From NCBI GenBank assembly GCA_022711115.1, contig JAKLFP010000009.1:4622-68621 (forward strand): DNA of 64,000 bases, read 5' to 3'. Positions 1 to 9,539 of the stretch are shown here, piece by piece. Under the pieces are notes generated by a model. It saw only the letters and a list, made by a program, of their open reading frames with translations, did no database searches and had not been told where the DNA came from. The stretch comes from Candidatus Omnitrophota bacterium. Lineage in GTDB: Bacteria; Omnitrophota; Omnitrophia; Omnitrophales; Aquincolibacteriaceae. Positions within the stretch are counted from its first letter, which is position 1; each line of letters opens with the position of its first letter. The translations under genes were made by a program, and so were the position numbers.

Positions 1-3000
1 CGGCATCGGATTCCGCAAGGGCTCCGAAGAGGTACGGCACCGTGGCGAGAAAAGTCATGGGCCGGTGATAGATCGGCTTGGCATAGATCAGCCCGTCCGT
101 CAAAGGATCGGAAGTTCGCTTGTGATTGGCGGAAATTTCCTGAAACCCTTTTTCCGCCATGGCCAGATACTTGGGGTCGCGGGTCACAAGATAGGCATAG
201 GCATAACCGTGAATGGCTTCCGGCGCGCCGTTCAAATAATTCAGCATGCGGCTCAGCATTTCAAAAACTTCAGGCTCCTGGGTCAATGCATGATACGCTA
301 TAAAGGCGCCCGTGTCATAACCGGTCATATAGAGCGGTGCCTTGGGACCGGACCAGGTTTTGAGCATGGGATTATAATTTTCCTGGAAACTGCCGTCCGC
401 GTTCTGCCCTTTCAGAAAGATTTCGATCAATTTATCCGCGGCTTTTTTGTACCGCTCATCCCCTGTTGTTTGATAGAGAAGCACATCGCCCCACAAGGCG
501 TTGGCCATGGCGCGCTGCGGCGCGATATTGGGGACATACGGGTACCCGACATACGTGAAAGGCTCCGTCAGAAAAAATTCTCCGACTTCATTCGCGACAT
601 CCCGCGCGCGTTCATCCCCGGTGATAAAGTGGTATAGCAAAAGCCCGACCACGCTCGTGTGGCTTGACTCATCGGTCCGCCCGCCCCAGTGGTTCCCGTT
701 GTGCCGGTGCATGGCGCCGACCTGGGAATATTTCGGGTGCATGGCCTTGAGCCGCTTGTCGTTTGTGATCGTGTCGTAGTGGATGGTGTCCACATCCATG
801 ATGTGCCGCGCCAGATTTTCCCCGAACTTGAAATATTTATAGAACCCGCTGCGCAAGAATTGAAGGAGCGCGCCGGTATGCGTCCCCACGCCTTCGCAGT
901 TATACCATCCCCACCGCCCGACCGGATACCAGCCCGGCTGAGAATATTTTTTTTCGTCATCCTGGTCGCGCCACCAGGTCAGGGTATCGCCGAAATCCAG
1001 CATGCCGTACCACTGAAAATTTTGCGGCTGGCGATCGGCCCAGTCAAAAAGCTTGTCCAGGATTTTCTCCGCGGTGGCGTTGGCCTTGGTCACGGGATAA
1101 AGACGGCCCGCCGCACCCGTGGCGTCGATCCAGTAAGGGTTCACGCGGATCTGAAGCGGTTCCATAAAAGATTGCGCGAGCGGCCGGGCTTTGGCCTTGT
1201 CCGCGTCATAGGGATGAAAATAAAAAATAAGTTCGTGCGTCTTCCCCACGCCGAACGCGCTGCCCCGGCCAAAAGCATCCGGCCCCTTGGCCTCGGCCGT
1301 GGTCGCCAAGCTTAACTCTCCGGCCTCTTCCGGCCACAGATCGATCTGGAGCGCGTTGTCCTCCGGCCGGTATTTGAACGCCTTAGGATAGTTCTCGCGA
1401 AAATTCCGAAGGGCGACCGTCACGCCGCGCGTCATGTCGGAAATATCAAACCAGCCTTCCAGCAACTTTTCGACCGGCGTGTTCCGGTTCCCGGTATGGA
1501 CCGTGGCGGAGAGATAATCCCGCTGGTAAATGATCATCTCGGAAGTGGGAATGCCCCTGTCAGGTTCCATCTCGACCCGGCCGATCGTCAATTGGACACT
1601 GCCAGGATTCTTGAACGTCAAGGGCATCCGGATCCCGAAATCCTCGATCGTCTCGTTCTCCGGAAGCCGCATCATCTGATACGGACCGAACTGTTTGTTT
1701 TCCGGATAACCGGTATAGATCAGCGTGTGCGCGATCTTCACGTCCGTCTTGCCGAAATAAAAATAATAACGCACGACGATCTGGCAGTACCGGTGGCCGT
1801 CCGCGGACTGGAACCAGCCGCTCGCTTTCAGGACCACCCGCTGCCTGCCTTTTTCCTCGACCTCCAGACGGTAAGTTTTCGTGTCGAGGTCCGCGCGGTA
1901 TTCCTTGCCGCGGAACCCGAGATAAAGACTGGCCCCGGACGTCAGCATTTCGTTTCCGCTGTAAATGCCGTCGCCGTTGGAATCCACGGACACTTTGTCA
2001 AAAAGGAAAAAGGATTTTTTGTCCAACACGGCCTTCAAGAGTCCGGTATTGACCGCGATCGTTTGAGCGTCCTCCTCGATCGTGATGCCGGGCCCGTAAT
2101 CGATGGCCTCGATCGTCGACCCGTAATCAAGAAAAAATCCGAGGTCTTCCCCCGGCTGAAACGTCGCGAGAAAATGAAGCGCCGCCCATTGGACGGACCC
2201 GTCCGGCCACCGGCTGAGCACACGCGGCTGGAACGGAAGGTCCTCTTCCGCGTTGTTGCGCAGACGCAGGTTCCGGAGGGAACGGAGTTCTCCCTGCGGG
2301 AACGGCACCCCGCCCTGCACTTCGCCTTTCCACGCAAATCCCGGCGTTTCATTTTTAACGACAAACGGGACCCTCACGATCGGCGTCTTGGTCGCGCGGT
2401 CTTCTCCCGACCACGCGGGCTTGAGTTTGGCGAATCCGTAATCGAGCATATTGACCGCATGTTTTGTCTTCGCCTGCTTCGCCAGTGCCGCGCGCGCATC
2501 GGGAGTGGGCGTCAACCGGATCTCATCCACGTCAATCGCCTGGTCCTGCCTCAAGCGGTTCATGGAAAAGGATATTTGATTCACCTGCTGGATATTGAGG
2601 GACGCGGCGATGGTTTTCACCGGAATGGAAACCGCCTGCCACCGGTCCGGCGGAAGCGTCACAGGCCGCTGGTAATGCTTGCCCCAAAGGTCCGAGACCA
2701 CCAGCATCACCGTCTGCGGGTCCTTCGCCTCATTAAAGAGATCCAGATCCAGCGACTCAAAGGACGTCCAGTCCGAGATCCCCTTGTGGGTCTTGATCAG
2801 GTCTTCAAGGACAATGCCGGAATAATCGCTCAGCCCCCGGAACGTGACCTTCGCGGAACGCAGTCCGTTGCTGGAGCGGTCCATATGGGGCATCATTTTC
2901 GCGTCCACCAGTTTCCACAGACGGATGTCCTGGTCATGCTCAAAATTCGACAGCACGTAACTGCCGTCCTTTTGCAACCCCGGAAACGGGACTCTTTCGC

Positions 3001-3148
3001 CCAGAAGAAAACGGAAAAACCCGCTCTGCCCGCGCGTCGCCACCGCGACCGCCACGATCACGATCACCGCCGCCACCAGAATGTTCTGGAGCCAGCGTTT
3101 CTTCTTTGATCCAGTTTCGAGTTCAAAGTTTTTAGTTTCGAGTTTCAT
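1..3148 (-). CDS. Large membrane-anchored extracytoplasmic protein, at least 1049 aa; C-terminus runs beyond the window start. Possibly a polysaccharide-modifying (lyase/hydrolase-like) enzyme; function uncertain.
   Basis: Minus-strand ATG at 3146-3148, preceded by a purine-rich stretch. The frame stays open to position 1, so the ORF has no stop in the window and is absent from the track. N-terminus MKLETKNFELETGSKKKRWLQNILVAAVIVIVAVAVA is a signal anchor. The + strand ORFs 65..637, 689..1315 and 1496..3109 all share the same codon register and are antisense shadows. C-terminal part reads as real protein (e.g. LYQTTGDERYKKAADKLIEIFLKGQNADGSF). Confidence 0.55.
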   Translation of the reverse strand, partial: MKLETKNFELETGSKKKRWLQNILVAAVIVIVAVAVATRGQSGFFRFLLGERVPFPGLQKDGSYVLSNFEHDQDIRLWKLVDAKMMPHMDRSSNGLRSAKVTFRGLSDYSGIVLEDLIKTHKGISDWTSFESLDLDLFNEAKDPQTVMLVVSDLWGKHYQRPVTLPPDRWQAVSIPVKTIAASLNIQQVNQISFSMNRLRQDQAIDVDEIRLTPTPDARAALAKQAKTKHAVNMLDYGFAKLKPAWSGEDRATKTPIVRVPFVVKNETPGFAWKGEVQGGVPFPQGELRSLRNLRLRNNAEEDLPFQPRVLSRWPDGSVQWAALHFLATFQPGEDLGFFLDYGSTIEAIDYGPGITIEEDAQTIAVNTGLLKAVLDKKSFFLFDKVSVDSNGDGIYSGNEMLTSGASLYLGFRGKEYRADLDTKTYRLEVEEKGRQRVVLKASGWFQSADGHRYCQIVVRYYFYFGKTDVKIAHTLIYTGYPENKQFGPYQMMRLPENETIEDFGIRMPLTFKNPGSVQLTIGRVEMEPDRGIPTSEMIIYQRDYLSATVHTGNRNTPVEKLLEGWFDISDMTRGVTVALRNFRENYPKAFKYRPEDNALQIDLWPEEAGELSLATTAEAKGPDAFGRGSAFGVGKTHELIFYFHPYDADKAKARPLAQSFMEPLQIRVNPYWIDATGAAGRLYPVTKANATAEKILDKLFDWADRQPQNFQWYGMLDFGDTLTWWRDQDDEKKYSQPGWYPVGRWGWYNCEGVGTHTGALLQFLRSGFYKYFKFGENLARHIMDVDTIHYDTITNDKRLKAMHPKYSQVGAMHRHNGNHWGGRTDESSHTSVVGLLLYHFITGDERARDVANEVGEFFLTEPFTYVGYPYVPNIAPQRAMANALWGDVLLYQTTGDERYKKAADKLIEIFLKGQNADGSFQENYNPMLKTWSGPKAPLYMTGYDTGAFIAYHALTQEPEVFEMLSRMLNYLNGAPEAIHGYAYAYLVTRDPKYLAMAEKGFQEISANHKRTSDPLTDGLIYAKPIYHRPMTFLATVPYLFGALAESDA

Positions 3149-3195
3149 GAAATACCACCCAAATTATGAATGAAGATGTAAGACGTAAGAGGTCA
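3122..3195. repeat. Direct repeat DR1a (74 bp), partner at 4485..4558; flanks DUF4143 ATPase copy 1
   Basis: 2 mismatches in 74 bp. Includes the start codon and first 8 codons of the large gene plus its 5' leader. Confidence 0.85.
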
Positions 3196-4353
3196 TCAGG
3201 CCAAAGGTTTTAGGGTTATAAGATCATGCACAGAAACTGCCCGGACTTTTTTTGCCAAATCAAATGTCTTTTCACCGCAGTGGACGATACAGAGACGCGA
3301 AAGTTTTAAGTCCTTGAGCGCATGATACATCGAGGGAGTCATAGACGGAGCACTCGTCCGTTTGATCTCAAAACCATAGCGGAAGCGGCCCCGGCTGATG
3401 AGCAAATCAAGCTCACTGCCCGCATGGGTAGCCCAACTAAAACAATCTTCTCGATTCACTTTTAAAATCCGAATAAGCTGGCTTACGATGAATCCCTCCC
3501 ACGAAGCGCCGATTTTGGGATGGCGTTCCAGATCGATTTCATTTTTGATGCCGAGTAAAGTATGCAGGATCCCTGTGTCCGCAACATAAATTTTGGGCGC
3601 TTTCACCTGCCGTTTGGAAATATTTTCATGCCAAGCGGGCAATTGCCGTATCACAAAAGCACCGGTCAATATATCGAGATAATGCCTGACGGTCGTATCC
3701 GCCAATCCAAAAGCCCTCGCAAATTCCGACGAATTCCATCGCTGACCATGGTAATGGGCAATCATATGCCAAAATCTGCGAAGCGTCTCAGCCCGCACCG
3801 TAATCCCCAACTGCGGCAGATCTCTTTCAAGAAATGTTTTAATAAAATTGCGCCGCCACAGTTCTGACTGCGCAAGCGATTTTGCCAGATAAGAATCCGG
3901 GAAGCCCCCTCTCAACCACAGGCGATCCATAGACTGAATGCCGATTTCCTCAATGTAAAATTCACCCAGTTCATGATAGGCAATCCGGCCGGCCAGGCTT
4001 TCGGATGAAACCTTCAATAAATCCGGAGAGGCACTTCCAAGAATGAGAAACCGGCGAGGGATCTTAGCATCGTCGGCAAGCACTCGAAGCATCGGGTAGA
4101 GGGAGGGTTTTCTTTGAATTTCGTCAATCACCACAAGACCCTGCAAAGATTTTAAAGCAAGCATGGGGTCCGACAAACGAGCGACATCCTCGGGATTTTC
4201 CAAATCAAAATAATGCACCGGCCCCTTAAACGATCTCCCGATCTCTAAAGCGATCGTTGTTTTGCCCACTTGTCGTGCGCCCACAATTCCCACCACCGGG
4301 AATTGCCTTAATAACTTTAAGATGGAAGCCGTCTCACTTTTTCGCTTTATCAT
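3196..4353 (-). CDS. AAA+ ATPase with C-terminal DUF4143 (COG1373 family), copy 1. Start is probably an internal Met of the track ORF 3196..4455.
   Basis: Walker A GARQVGKTT near the N-terminus. C-terminal ELDLLI...FEIK looks like a PD-(D/E)xK nuclease motif. Paralogous to 19216..20358 and 22376..23608. Confidence 0.8.
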   Translation of the reverse strand: MIKRKSETASILKLLRQFPVVGIVGARQVGKTTIALEIGRSFKGPVHYFDLENPEDVARLSDPMLALKSLQGLVVIDEIQRKPSLYPMLRVLADDAKIPRRFLILGSASPDLLKVSSESLAGRIAYHELGEFYIEEIGIQSMDRLWLRGGFPDSYLAKSLAQSELWRRNFIKTFLERDLPQLGITVRAETLRRFWHMIAHYHGQRWNSSEFARAFGLADTTVRHYLDILTGAFVIRQLPAWHENISKRQVKAPKIYVADTGILHTLLGIKNEIDLERHPKIGASWEGFIVSQLIRILKVNREDCFSWATHAGSELDLLISRGRFRYGFEIKRTSAPSMTPSMYHALKDLKLSRLCIVHCGEKTFDLAKKVRAVSVHDLITLKPLA

Positions 4354-4484
4354 GCTAAAACTATACCTTGAAAATTCGGTGTTGTCAACCGAGATTTCAA
4401 TGTCACTTTCCCTTCTATTTTTTATGCTTACCTCTTCCCTTGTCTCCCGTTCCACGATCCACGAACCGCGGATCGGGTTCCGGG

Positions 4485-4558
4485 TTCAGAGTTTTTAGTT
4501 TCGAGTTTCATGACATACCACCCAAATTATGAATGAAGATGTAAGACGTAAGAGGTCA
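4485..4558. repeat. Direct repeat DR1b
   Basis: See DR1a. Confidence 0.85.
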
Positions 4559-4642
4559 GAGGTAAGAGAAAATCTTACTTCTTAATTCTTACTTCTCTAC
4601 TTCTTACTTCTTGATTTACCTCTCCACTTCAGAGTTCCGAGT

Positions 4643-4734
4643 TTCGAGGACCACGTGACGGTGTGCTGGTGTCCTGCCTCTCGTCAGGGACGGTTCTTGC
4701 GACAAGAACCGTCCCTAGCGCGTCCCTCGTCTCT
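4643..4734. repeat. R1 element, partial copy D (core only)
   Basis: Same core. Upstream of DUF4143 ATPase copy 1. Confidence 0.75.
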
Positions 4735-4748
4735 CGCCCCGTTCCCCA

Positions 4749-5993
4749 CTACGCTTCTCTCTTCATCACCGCGACAAGCGCCGCCAGAACCCAGAAATAC
4801 GACGAGACATTATGATAAAAAATTTTTGTCTCATAAAAATTGCTCAACACAAACGCGGGAATACTGCCCAGAAACCCCAGGGCCAGCCCCTTGGCCCACC
4901 GGTCATGCGTCTTGAGGTAGAGCGCGAGCGTGTCCCAAAAGATCTTGATGAGCAGCCACAGGAACACGGCCAATGCCGGCAGTCCCATTTCCGCGCCGAT
5001 CAGCAGATACGTGTTGTGCGCGTCCGTGGAAGCGGCTTTGGACCAGTAATGCACCAGTTTGGCCGGAAACAGATCATAGCCCACGCCCATAAACGGATGT
5101 TCCTTGATCATTTGCATGCCACCCTTGTAGATTTCAACGCGCCCCTGCAGACTCGGGTCCAGGACTTCGCGCACCTCGCCGGCCTGATACCGGCGCTCAT
5201 ACGTCTGGCCGAGCCGGTGCCGAACCCCGTCCGGTAAAAAAGCGGGATTCAAATACAAAAAAATCGAAACCCCGAGCAGTAAAACAAAAAGCAGCCGGCT
5301 CCGCAAAAAGACGATCCCATGCAGCGCGACTGCCAGCGCCAGATAAGCCCCACGCGAAAACGTGCACATCAGGGCCCGCACCATGACCAGAAAAGGGACC
5401 AGCAGCAGCCAATATTTCCGGTCGCGAAAGTTGATCAGAAAAAAACCGAGCATAAGAAACAAGGTGTATGCCAAAAATGCGCCCAGGACATTGGGATCCC
5501 CAAACACCACTTCGATACGGTCCGGCCGCCGCATATACTCCACCAGCGTGTAAACACCGATCAAGCCCGCCACCGCGCACAGGATGACGCAAATTTTTTT
5601 GCCCTCTTCACGGGTTTTCGCCAGATAAAGTACGAGCGTGTAAGCGAAAAAAGGCATCAGCCAGTTCAGATAAAAGGAAAGCGCGGCCTTGCCCAGATAT
5701 TCCGCGCCGTAACTCATGCCGGACAAAATGGAGATGCCTCCGAGCGCCACGAAGCAGAGCATGGGCACTTTAAGCGGATGGGCAACGGACGCGGCGTTTT
5801 TTTCTTCCGCCCGCCGGCGCCACAGAGCCCACCCCGTAAGCAGTAAAAATAAATTAGCAGCGTTAAACACACCCGGCAGGAACGGCAGACTCATCCAGTT
5901 GCTCTGGCTGAACGGCAGGCACGCGAGGAAGCCGTAGAACGGTGTTTGCGCACTACCTAAAAAATCTTTTATTCCGTTAGTGTTTTTTTCCAC
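4749..5993 (-). CDS. O-antigen ligase family (Wzy_C) polytopic membrane protein
   Basis: More than 10 hydrophobic segments. Central periplasmic loop with FSRGAYLALAV and a TDAHNTYL motif typical of Wzy_C/WaaL-like proteins. Confidence 0.7.
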   Translation of the reverse strand: MEKNTNGIKDFLGSAQTPFYGFLACLPFSQSNWMSLPFLPGVFNAANLFLLLTGWALWRRRAEEKNAASVAHPLKVPMLCFVALGGISILSGMSYGAEYLGKAALSFYLNWLMPFFAYTLVLYLAKTREEGKKICVILCAVAGLIGVYTLVEYMRRPDRIEVVFGDPNVLGAFLAYTLFLMLGFFLINFRDRKYWLLLVPFLVMVRALMCTFSRGAYLALAVALHGIVFLRSRLLFVLLLGVSIFLYLNPAFLPDGVRHRLGQTYERRYQAGEVREVLDPSLQGRVEIYKGGMQMIKEHPFMGVGYDLFPAKLVHYWSKAASTDAHNTYLLIGAEMGLPALAVFLWLLIKIFWDTLALYLKTHDRWAKGLALGFLGSIPAFVLSNFYETKIFYHNVSSYFWVLAALVAVMKREA

Positions 5994-6087
5994 AACTTGC
6001 TTTCTTCTCCGAGTTCCACAAACTACGGCCCACGCGCCACATGGTACTTGGTGCGTGATACGCTATTTCAGTTCTTTCTCTTAAATC

Positions 6088-6121
6088 AATATGATTATTA
6101 GACATAATTATTATGATTTTT
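6088..6121 (+). promoter_or_regulatory. Pair of ATATGATTA-like direct repeats upstream of ORF6N gene 1 (candidate operator)
   Basis: aatATGATTAtt...attATGATTttt 40-70 bp upstream of the ATG. The same motif pair is at 16089..16124 upstream of ORF6N gene 2. Confidence 0.35.
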
Positions 6122-6162
6122 AATCTTGACTCTAAAATCTCCTTGCTCTAGACTTCCCCGAT

Positions 6163-6735
6163 ATGGATCATCTAATCCCATCCGCTGTCATAGAATCAAA
6201 GATCTTTTTAATACGCGGTCAAAAGGTTATGCTCGACAAGGATTTGGCAAGCCTGTATGGCGTATCCACGGGTCATTTGAACCAAGCCGTTAGCCGCAAT
6301 TTGTCTCGTTTTCCTGAGGACTTCATGTTTCAACTCAGTGATCAGGAATTCAAAAACTTGATGTTCCATTTTGGAACATCAAGCGGAGGCGGCATGCGCC
6401 GGCCAAAAGTCACTGCAAACTTGATATCACAAAATGTGACATCAAATTGGGGCGGCACCCGGAAAAAGCCACGCGCTTTTACGGAGCACGGCATTTTAAG
6501 CCTCTCCTCCGTCCTCCAAAGTCAAAGAGCGATTCAAGTCAATATTGCGATCATGCGAGCCTTCGTTCAGTTAAGACAAATGATTGCCCACCACAAAGAA
6601 TTCGCGATAAAACTAACCGAGCTCGAACAACGCATTGAAAAACACGACCATGAAATTTGTGAAATTTTTGCTTACCTTCGAAAAATATTGTCGACCGAAG
6701 AAAAACCAAAGCGACAGATCGGTTTTCATCCATAA
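6163..6735 (+). CDS. ORF6N (KilA-N-like) domain protein
   Basis: MLDKDLASLYGV...LNQAVSRNLSRFPEDFMF matches the ORF6N domain signature. Paralog of 16163..16675, with the same C-terminal KPKRQIGFHP. Confidence 0.75.
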   Translation: MDHLIPSAVIESKIFLIRGQKVMLDKDLASLYGVSTGHLNQAVSRNLSRFPEDFMFQLSDQEFKNLMFHFGTSSGGGMRRPKVTANLISQNVTSNWGGTRKKPRAFTEHGILSLSSVLQSQRAIQVNIAIMRAFVQLRQMIAHHKEFAIKLTELEQRIEKHDHEICEIFAYLRKILSTEEKPKRQIGFHP

Positions 6736-6842
6736 ACCTCGGCGCTTTTTGCCGCACCGGTAACGCAAGAAACAAGATGTAAGACGTAAGAGGCTAGAAA
6801 TCTGAAGTGCGAAACATGAAACAGGAAATAATGAAACACAAA

Positions 6843-7244
6843 TCATGTGAAAGATCTCCAGTGATCGTGCAATTTAAATAATTTTGCGCCTAATTCTTCA
6901 TAACCCGCCAAAAGTTTTTCGTAGGAATCAGAAAGCAAATAGCCACAATTCAATGAGAACAACAACCAGCACTTTGTTTCCTCGCAAGAACCAATGGCAT
7001 CGATCAGGTGCCGCTTAAAAAGCTCAGTATAACGACGCTTACCCCACCTTTCTGCAATGTTTGCAGCTGACGAACGTGACGACCTGCGCCTCTGATCCAC
7101 CAGTGAATATTTCTCTTCCTTCGGAAACGTCTTCGTCGCTTCAAAAATTTTTATCGCCAGTTCATGGGCTAATTGATAAACATTCAAATCCCTGAATGTC
7201 TTTATCGCTTTTTCTTTTTTTATACTTCCTACTTCGGACTTCAT
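6843..7244 (-). CDS. Four-helix-bundle protein (23S rRNA intervening-sequence protein family, TIGR02436-like)
   Basis: FRDLNVYQLAHELAIKIF...ANIAERWGK core motif. Three paralogs in the window. Confidence 0.8.
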   Translation of the reverse strand: MKSEVGSIKKEKAIKTFRDLNVYQLAHELAIKIFEATKTFPKEEKYSLVDQRRRSSRSSAANIAERWGKRRYTELFKRHLIDAIGSCEETKCWLLFSLNCGYLLSDSYEKLLAGYEELGAKLFKLHDHWRSFT

Positions 7245-7283
7245 ACTTCTTTTTTTCTCCTTAATTCTTAATCCTGCCTTTTC

Positions 7284-8459
7284 TTAATTCTTATTTCTTG
7301 CTTCCAAATAAATCTCCTCATGCCGCTTCACCATCTGCGCCACGCTGAACTCGCTGCGGACCCGGTCGAGCGCATTGGCGACGAGATTTTTTCTGAGCTC
7401 CGGGCTATCCGCGAATCGCGCCAACGCCTGCGCAAGGACTTCCGGATTTCCAACCGGGATCAAAAGACCGGTCTTTTCATGCTCCACACATTCGCTCACG
7501 CCGCCGACATCCGTGGCCGCCACCGGCACACTCGCCGCCATGGCCTCCAGCACGGTCATGGGAAAACCCTCGCGTTCCGAACAGAGCACAAACGCGTCCA
7601 TGGCCGCGTAAAGCCCCGGCGTATCATCGCAAAATCCCGCGAAAATAATCTCATGCCTGAGATCCCAACCCCGCGCTTTTTCCTCCAGGGCTCGCCGCTC
7701 CGGACCGTCGCCGATCACAAGACCGCCGACATTGCGTCCCGATTTCTTAAGCCGCGCGACCGCCTCGATAAAATCCTCCTGGCGTTTCTGCGGCACCAGC
7801 CTGCCCACGGTCCCGATCAGAAACCGGTTCCTGGGAACCCTGAACCGCTCCCGCACCTTGTCACGTTCCTTGTCCTGCTTAAAAAATTCCGTGTCAATCC
7901 CGTTATAAATCACCGTTGTCCTGGACCGGAGCGCCGGCACCTTGTCTAAATAAAACGCCTCTACTTTTTTACTCACGCAAATCACTTTGCGGCTGATGCC
8001 TGCCACGATCCGGTCTATCCAGAAATGATAAGGTCTTTTCCAAAGGTCCACATTGTGCTCGGTCATGACAATCGGCACGCCGGTGATCCATGCCATCAGG
8101 CGCCCCCACAGATTCGAGGTAAAAAGATGCGAGTGGATCACATCGATCTTTTCGCGGCGTATCAGCTCCCGAAGTCTGCCCAAAAACCCGAAATCCACGC
8201 GCCCTTTTTTCCCGAGCGCTTCGATTTTGATGCCGGCCGCTTCCGCGCGAAAGGCATAGCGCCCTTTTTCATTCAAACAGCAGATCACGGGCTCGAATTT
8301 CTGCCGGTCCAGCCCCGCCGCGAGATTCAGCACCACCTGCTCCGCCCCGCCCTGGTCCAGGGACCAAATTAAATACAAAATCTTGATTTTCTTTGAACCG
8401 TTTTCACACTTCATTGAAAGCCCCTTGAATATTTCCTTGTCAAAATCAAAACCAACCAC
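7284..8459 (-). CDS. Glycosyltransferase family 4 (GT-B, group 1)
   Basis: C-terminal EGFPMTVLEAMAASVPVAATDVGG...E motif (EX7E region). Start is probably the internal Met MKCENGSKKIKILYL, about 8414. Confidence 0.85.
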   Translation of the reverse strand: MVGFDFDKEIFKGLSMKCENGSKKIKILYLIWSLDQGGAEQVVLNLAAGLDRQKFEPVICCLNEKGRYAFRAEAAGIKIEALGKKGRVDFGFLGRLRELIRREKIDVIHSHLFTSNLWGRLMAWITGVPIVMTEHNVDLWKRPYHFWIDRIVAGISRKVICVSKKVEAFYLDKVPALRSRTTVIYNGIDTEFFKQDKERDKVRERFRVPRNRFLIGTVGRLVPQKRQEDFIEAVARLKKSGRNVGGLVIGDGPERRALEEKARGWDLRHEIIFAGFCDDTPGLYAAMDAFVLCSEREGFPMTVLEAMAASVPVAATDVGGVSECVEHEKTGLLIPVGNPEVLAQALARFADSPELRKNLVANALDRVRSEFSVAQMVKRHEEIYLEARNKN

Positions 8460-8735
8460 GCGGATTAAGGATTCAGAATTAAGGAATACGCAAAGCAGAA
8501 GTAGGAAATAAGATGTATGAAGTAAGATTTTTCATATTTCCTACCTCCGACCTCATACTTCAGTTTTCCCTTCTCCATCCCCCATTCCTCACTTGCGCCG
8601 ATGCGCAAGTACCACACCGTGGCGCCCAAGGTTAACGCCTACGGCGACGGCCTTCCCGCATTCGGCATTCCGAATTCTCCATTTCGCCTCTCACCGTTAC
8701 GCCCCACTCCCCACATGGTACTTGGTCCGTGCTAC

Positions 8736-9539
8736 TCAATACGCTCTTTCAATCGAACTGCGGACCAAATCCCGGTCAAAAAGCCTCCGCTCCTGCTCGT
8801 CTTCCAGAAAACGCTCCACATCCGCTTGGGCCGCTTCAAAATCAATGCCCTCGATCCTCTCGAGCAAAAACGCCTTAAACGTTTCTCGGCTCAAATCCAG
8901 GCGCTTTTTCTCCGTCTGTTCAACGGCGTTATTCAAGAAAGTGAAATTCGGGACCGTTTTCCGCCCGACATACCAGATAAAATCATACCAATCCCGTCCC
9001 TTGTTATAGCCGCGGAAAAAACAGGCGTGCAGTTTGCCCGCGAACATGGACGGCAGGTCGTAATGCGCGACCCCGAAAAGATGGATCTTGTTCAGGATCG
9101 TATGAAGGATCACGGCCCCTTCCGGCGGACGCGTGTCCATGTCCCATTTGATCATCAGCTTTTCATCCGGCATGGCCGCCACGCCGAGGTCCTTGAACAG
9201 TCCGGGGAATTTGATCATCAGACTCTTGACCGCGCCCTGCTCCCGGGACTTGCCCTCCGCCTCGATCCCGTAAGACCGGTAGGATTTCAATAACGCTTCC
9301 GCGGCATCCCCAAACACGAACTCTTTTCCCGGAATCAGAGAAAAATCCAGATCCTCCGAAAAACGGCGCAAGTCAAAAAGGATCCTCAGCGCCGTCCCGC
9401 CAAGAAAAGCGGCAAAATCAAACATGCCCTTGTCACTCATGATCTTCAGGCACAAGACCTGAAGATATTCCCGGGCCATGTTCTTTTTCTGCTCCGCGGT
9501 CATCCCTTTCTGAAATTGATTCTGGATCAGATCGATCAT
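8736..9539 (-). CDS. abiEii: AbiEii/AbiGii-family nucleotidyltransferase toxin (type IV TA), pair 1
   Basis: FLGGTALRILFDLRRFSEDLDFSL nucleotidyltransferase motif (GG[TS]A...SEDLDF). ATGA overlap with the upstream AbiEi gene at 9536-9539. Confidence 0.85.
   Translation of the reverse strand: MIDLIQNQFQKGMTAEQKKNMAREYLQVLCLKIMSDKGMFDFAAFLGGTALRILFDLRRFSEDLDFSLIPGKEFVFGDAAEALLKSYRSYGIEAEGKSREQGAVKSLMIKFPGLFKDLGVAAMPDEKLMIKWDMDTRPPEGAVILHTILNKIHLFGVAHYDLPSMFAGKLHACFFRGYNKGRDWYDFIWYVGRKTVPNFTFLNNAVEQTEKKRLDLSRETFKAFLLERIEGIDFEAAQADVERFLEDEQERRLFDRDLVRSSIERAY

Noticed and set aside
65-3109. Long + strand ORFs 65..637, 689..1315 and 1496..3109 (up to 537 aa)
   Set aside because: All lie in one register, antisense to a single minus-strand gene that is open from 3148 to the window start. 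Their composition is Arg/Gly/Pro-rich and typical of antisense shadows. The real gene is the minus-strand one.
4560-4625. Possible CRISPR array suggested by short reiterated CTTACTTCTTAATT units
   Set aside because: The units are irregular in length and spacing, have no unique spacers, and form palindromes with purine-rich partners. They are REP/terminator-like, not CRISPR.
4655-4915. ORFs with the recurring peptide MTVCWCPASRQGRFLRQEPSLARPS (also at 17313..17735, 20678..20995 and 23629..23892)
   Set aside because: These translate the R1 repeat element. The identical peptide in four places is a repeat artefact, not a gene family.
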